A stretch of 63,982 nucleotides of DNA, the filler included, from Sphacelaria rigidula (Eukaryota), in the NCBI GenBank assembly GCA_964200075.2. It is 3 parts of 3 records of this genome, joined end to end, with 100 filler letters (N's around TTAATTAATTAA, not from the genome) between each part and the next. Parts side by side here need not be neighbours in the genome. Positions count along the whole stretch, not along the records: positions 42,858 to 63,982 come from CAXNAA020000461.1; 2 more parts are not named here. One strand, given 5' to 3'. Below the pieces are notes generated by a model. It searched no databases. It had not been told where the DNA came from and saw only the letters and a list, made by a program, of their open reading frames with translations. How positions within the stretch are numbered: position 1 is the first letter of the stretch; each line of letters starts with the position of its first letter. This document shows positions 63,759 through 63,982 of the stretch, in pieces. The position numbers and the translations under genes were made by a program.

Positions 63759-63982
63759 GTGAGTATTGAGTTATTGAGTGTTTGCTGGTGTTCGGGGGAC
63801 GGGAGACGTGTGAAGGCGGGGGTTTCTTCACGGTCCGGCTCCCCAATTTCACGATTGAAAATGGTTTGTTTTTGTCAAAAATACCATGACGCTATCCCTA
63901 ATGACGCGAAACCCCAACCCAATAATGCCGTGATAGCCCCCCCCCCCAAAAAAAAAAAACGAAGAAGAAAGCAGCCATGAGA

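Noticed and set aside
62634..63852. Several long overlapping ORFs on both strands
   Set aside because: Shadow frames of a GC-rich low-complexity exon. Only the 62810 frame has matching splice phase and AT-hooks.

Overview
Eukaryotic, intron-rich and repeat-rich DNA. By inference from gene architecture and repeat types it is probably a brown alga or other stramenopile. It is made of at least three contigs joined by artificial N44-TTAATTAATTAA-N44 linkers (21330-21429, 42758-42857). Host genes rebuilt by hand with phase-consistent GT-AG exons: (i) a WD40 protein resembling MEP50/WDR77 (+, 37.4-41.6 kb); (ii) an ankyrin-like plus RI-type LRR protein (-, 44.9-56.7 kb); (iii) a divergently transcribed AT-hook protein (+, from 57.5 kb). 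Mobile DNA dominates: a decayed ~11 kb Ty3/Gypsy element (-, 8887-20210), five copies of a tRNA-derived SINE, LINE 3' fragments that end at C-runs, several MITE or foldback elements, and a 3.7 kb degenerate tandem array. Most interesting: (1) a chromodomain-like plus hidden Tudor-like module at the end of the Gypsy integrase; (2) the 4.1-7.8 kb core-plus-variable-spacer array; (3) two retroelement families that share a 3' end and appear to target oligo-C tracts; (4) a TIR element packed with TGACGT motifs near a bidirectional promoter. No prokaryotic-type system (CRISPR, operon) is supported.
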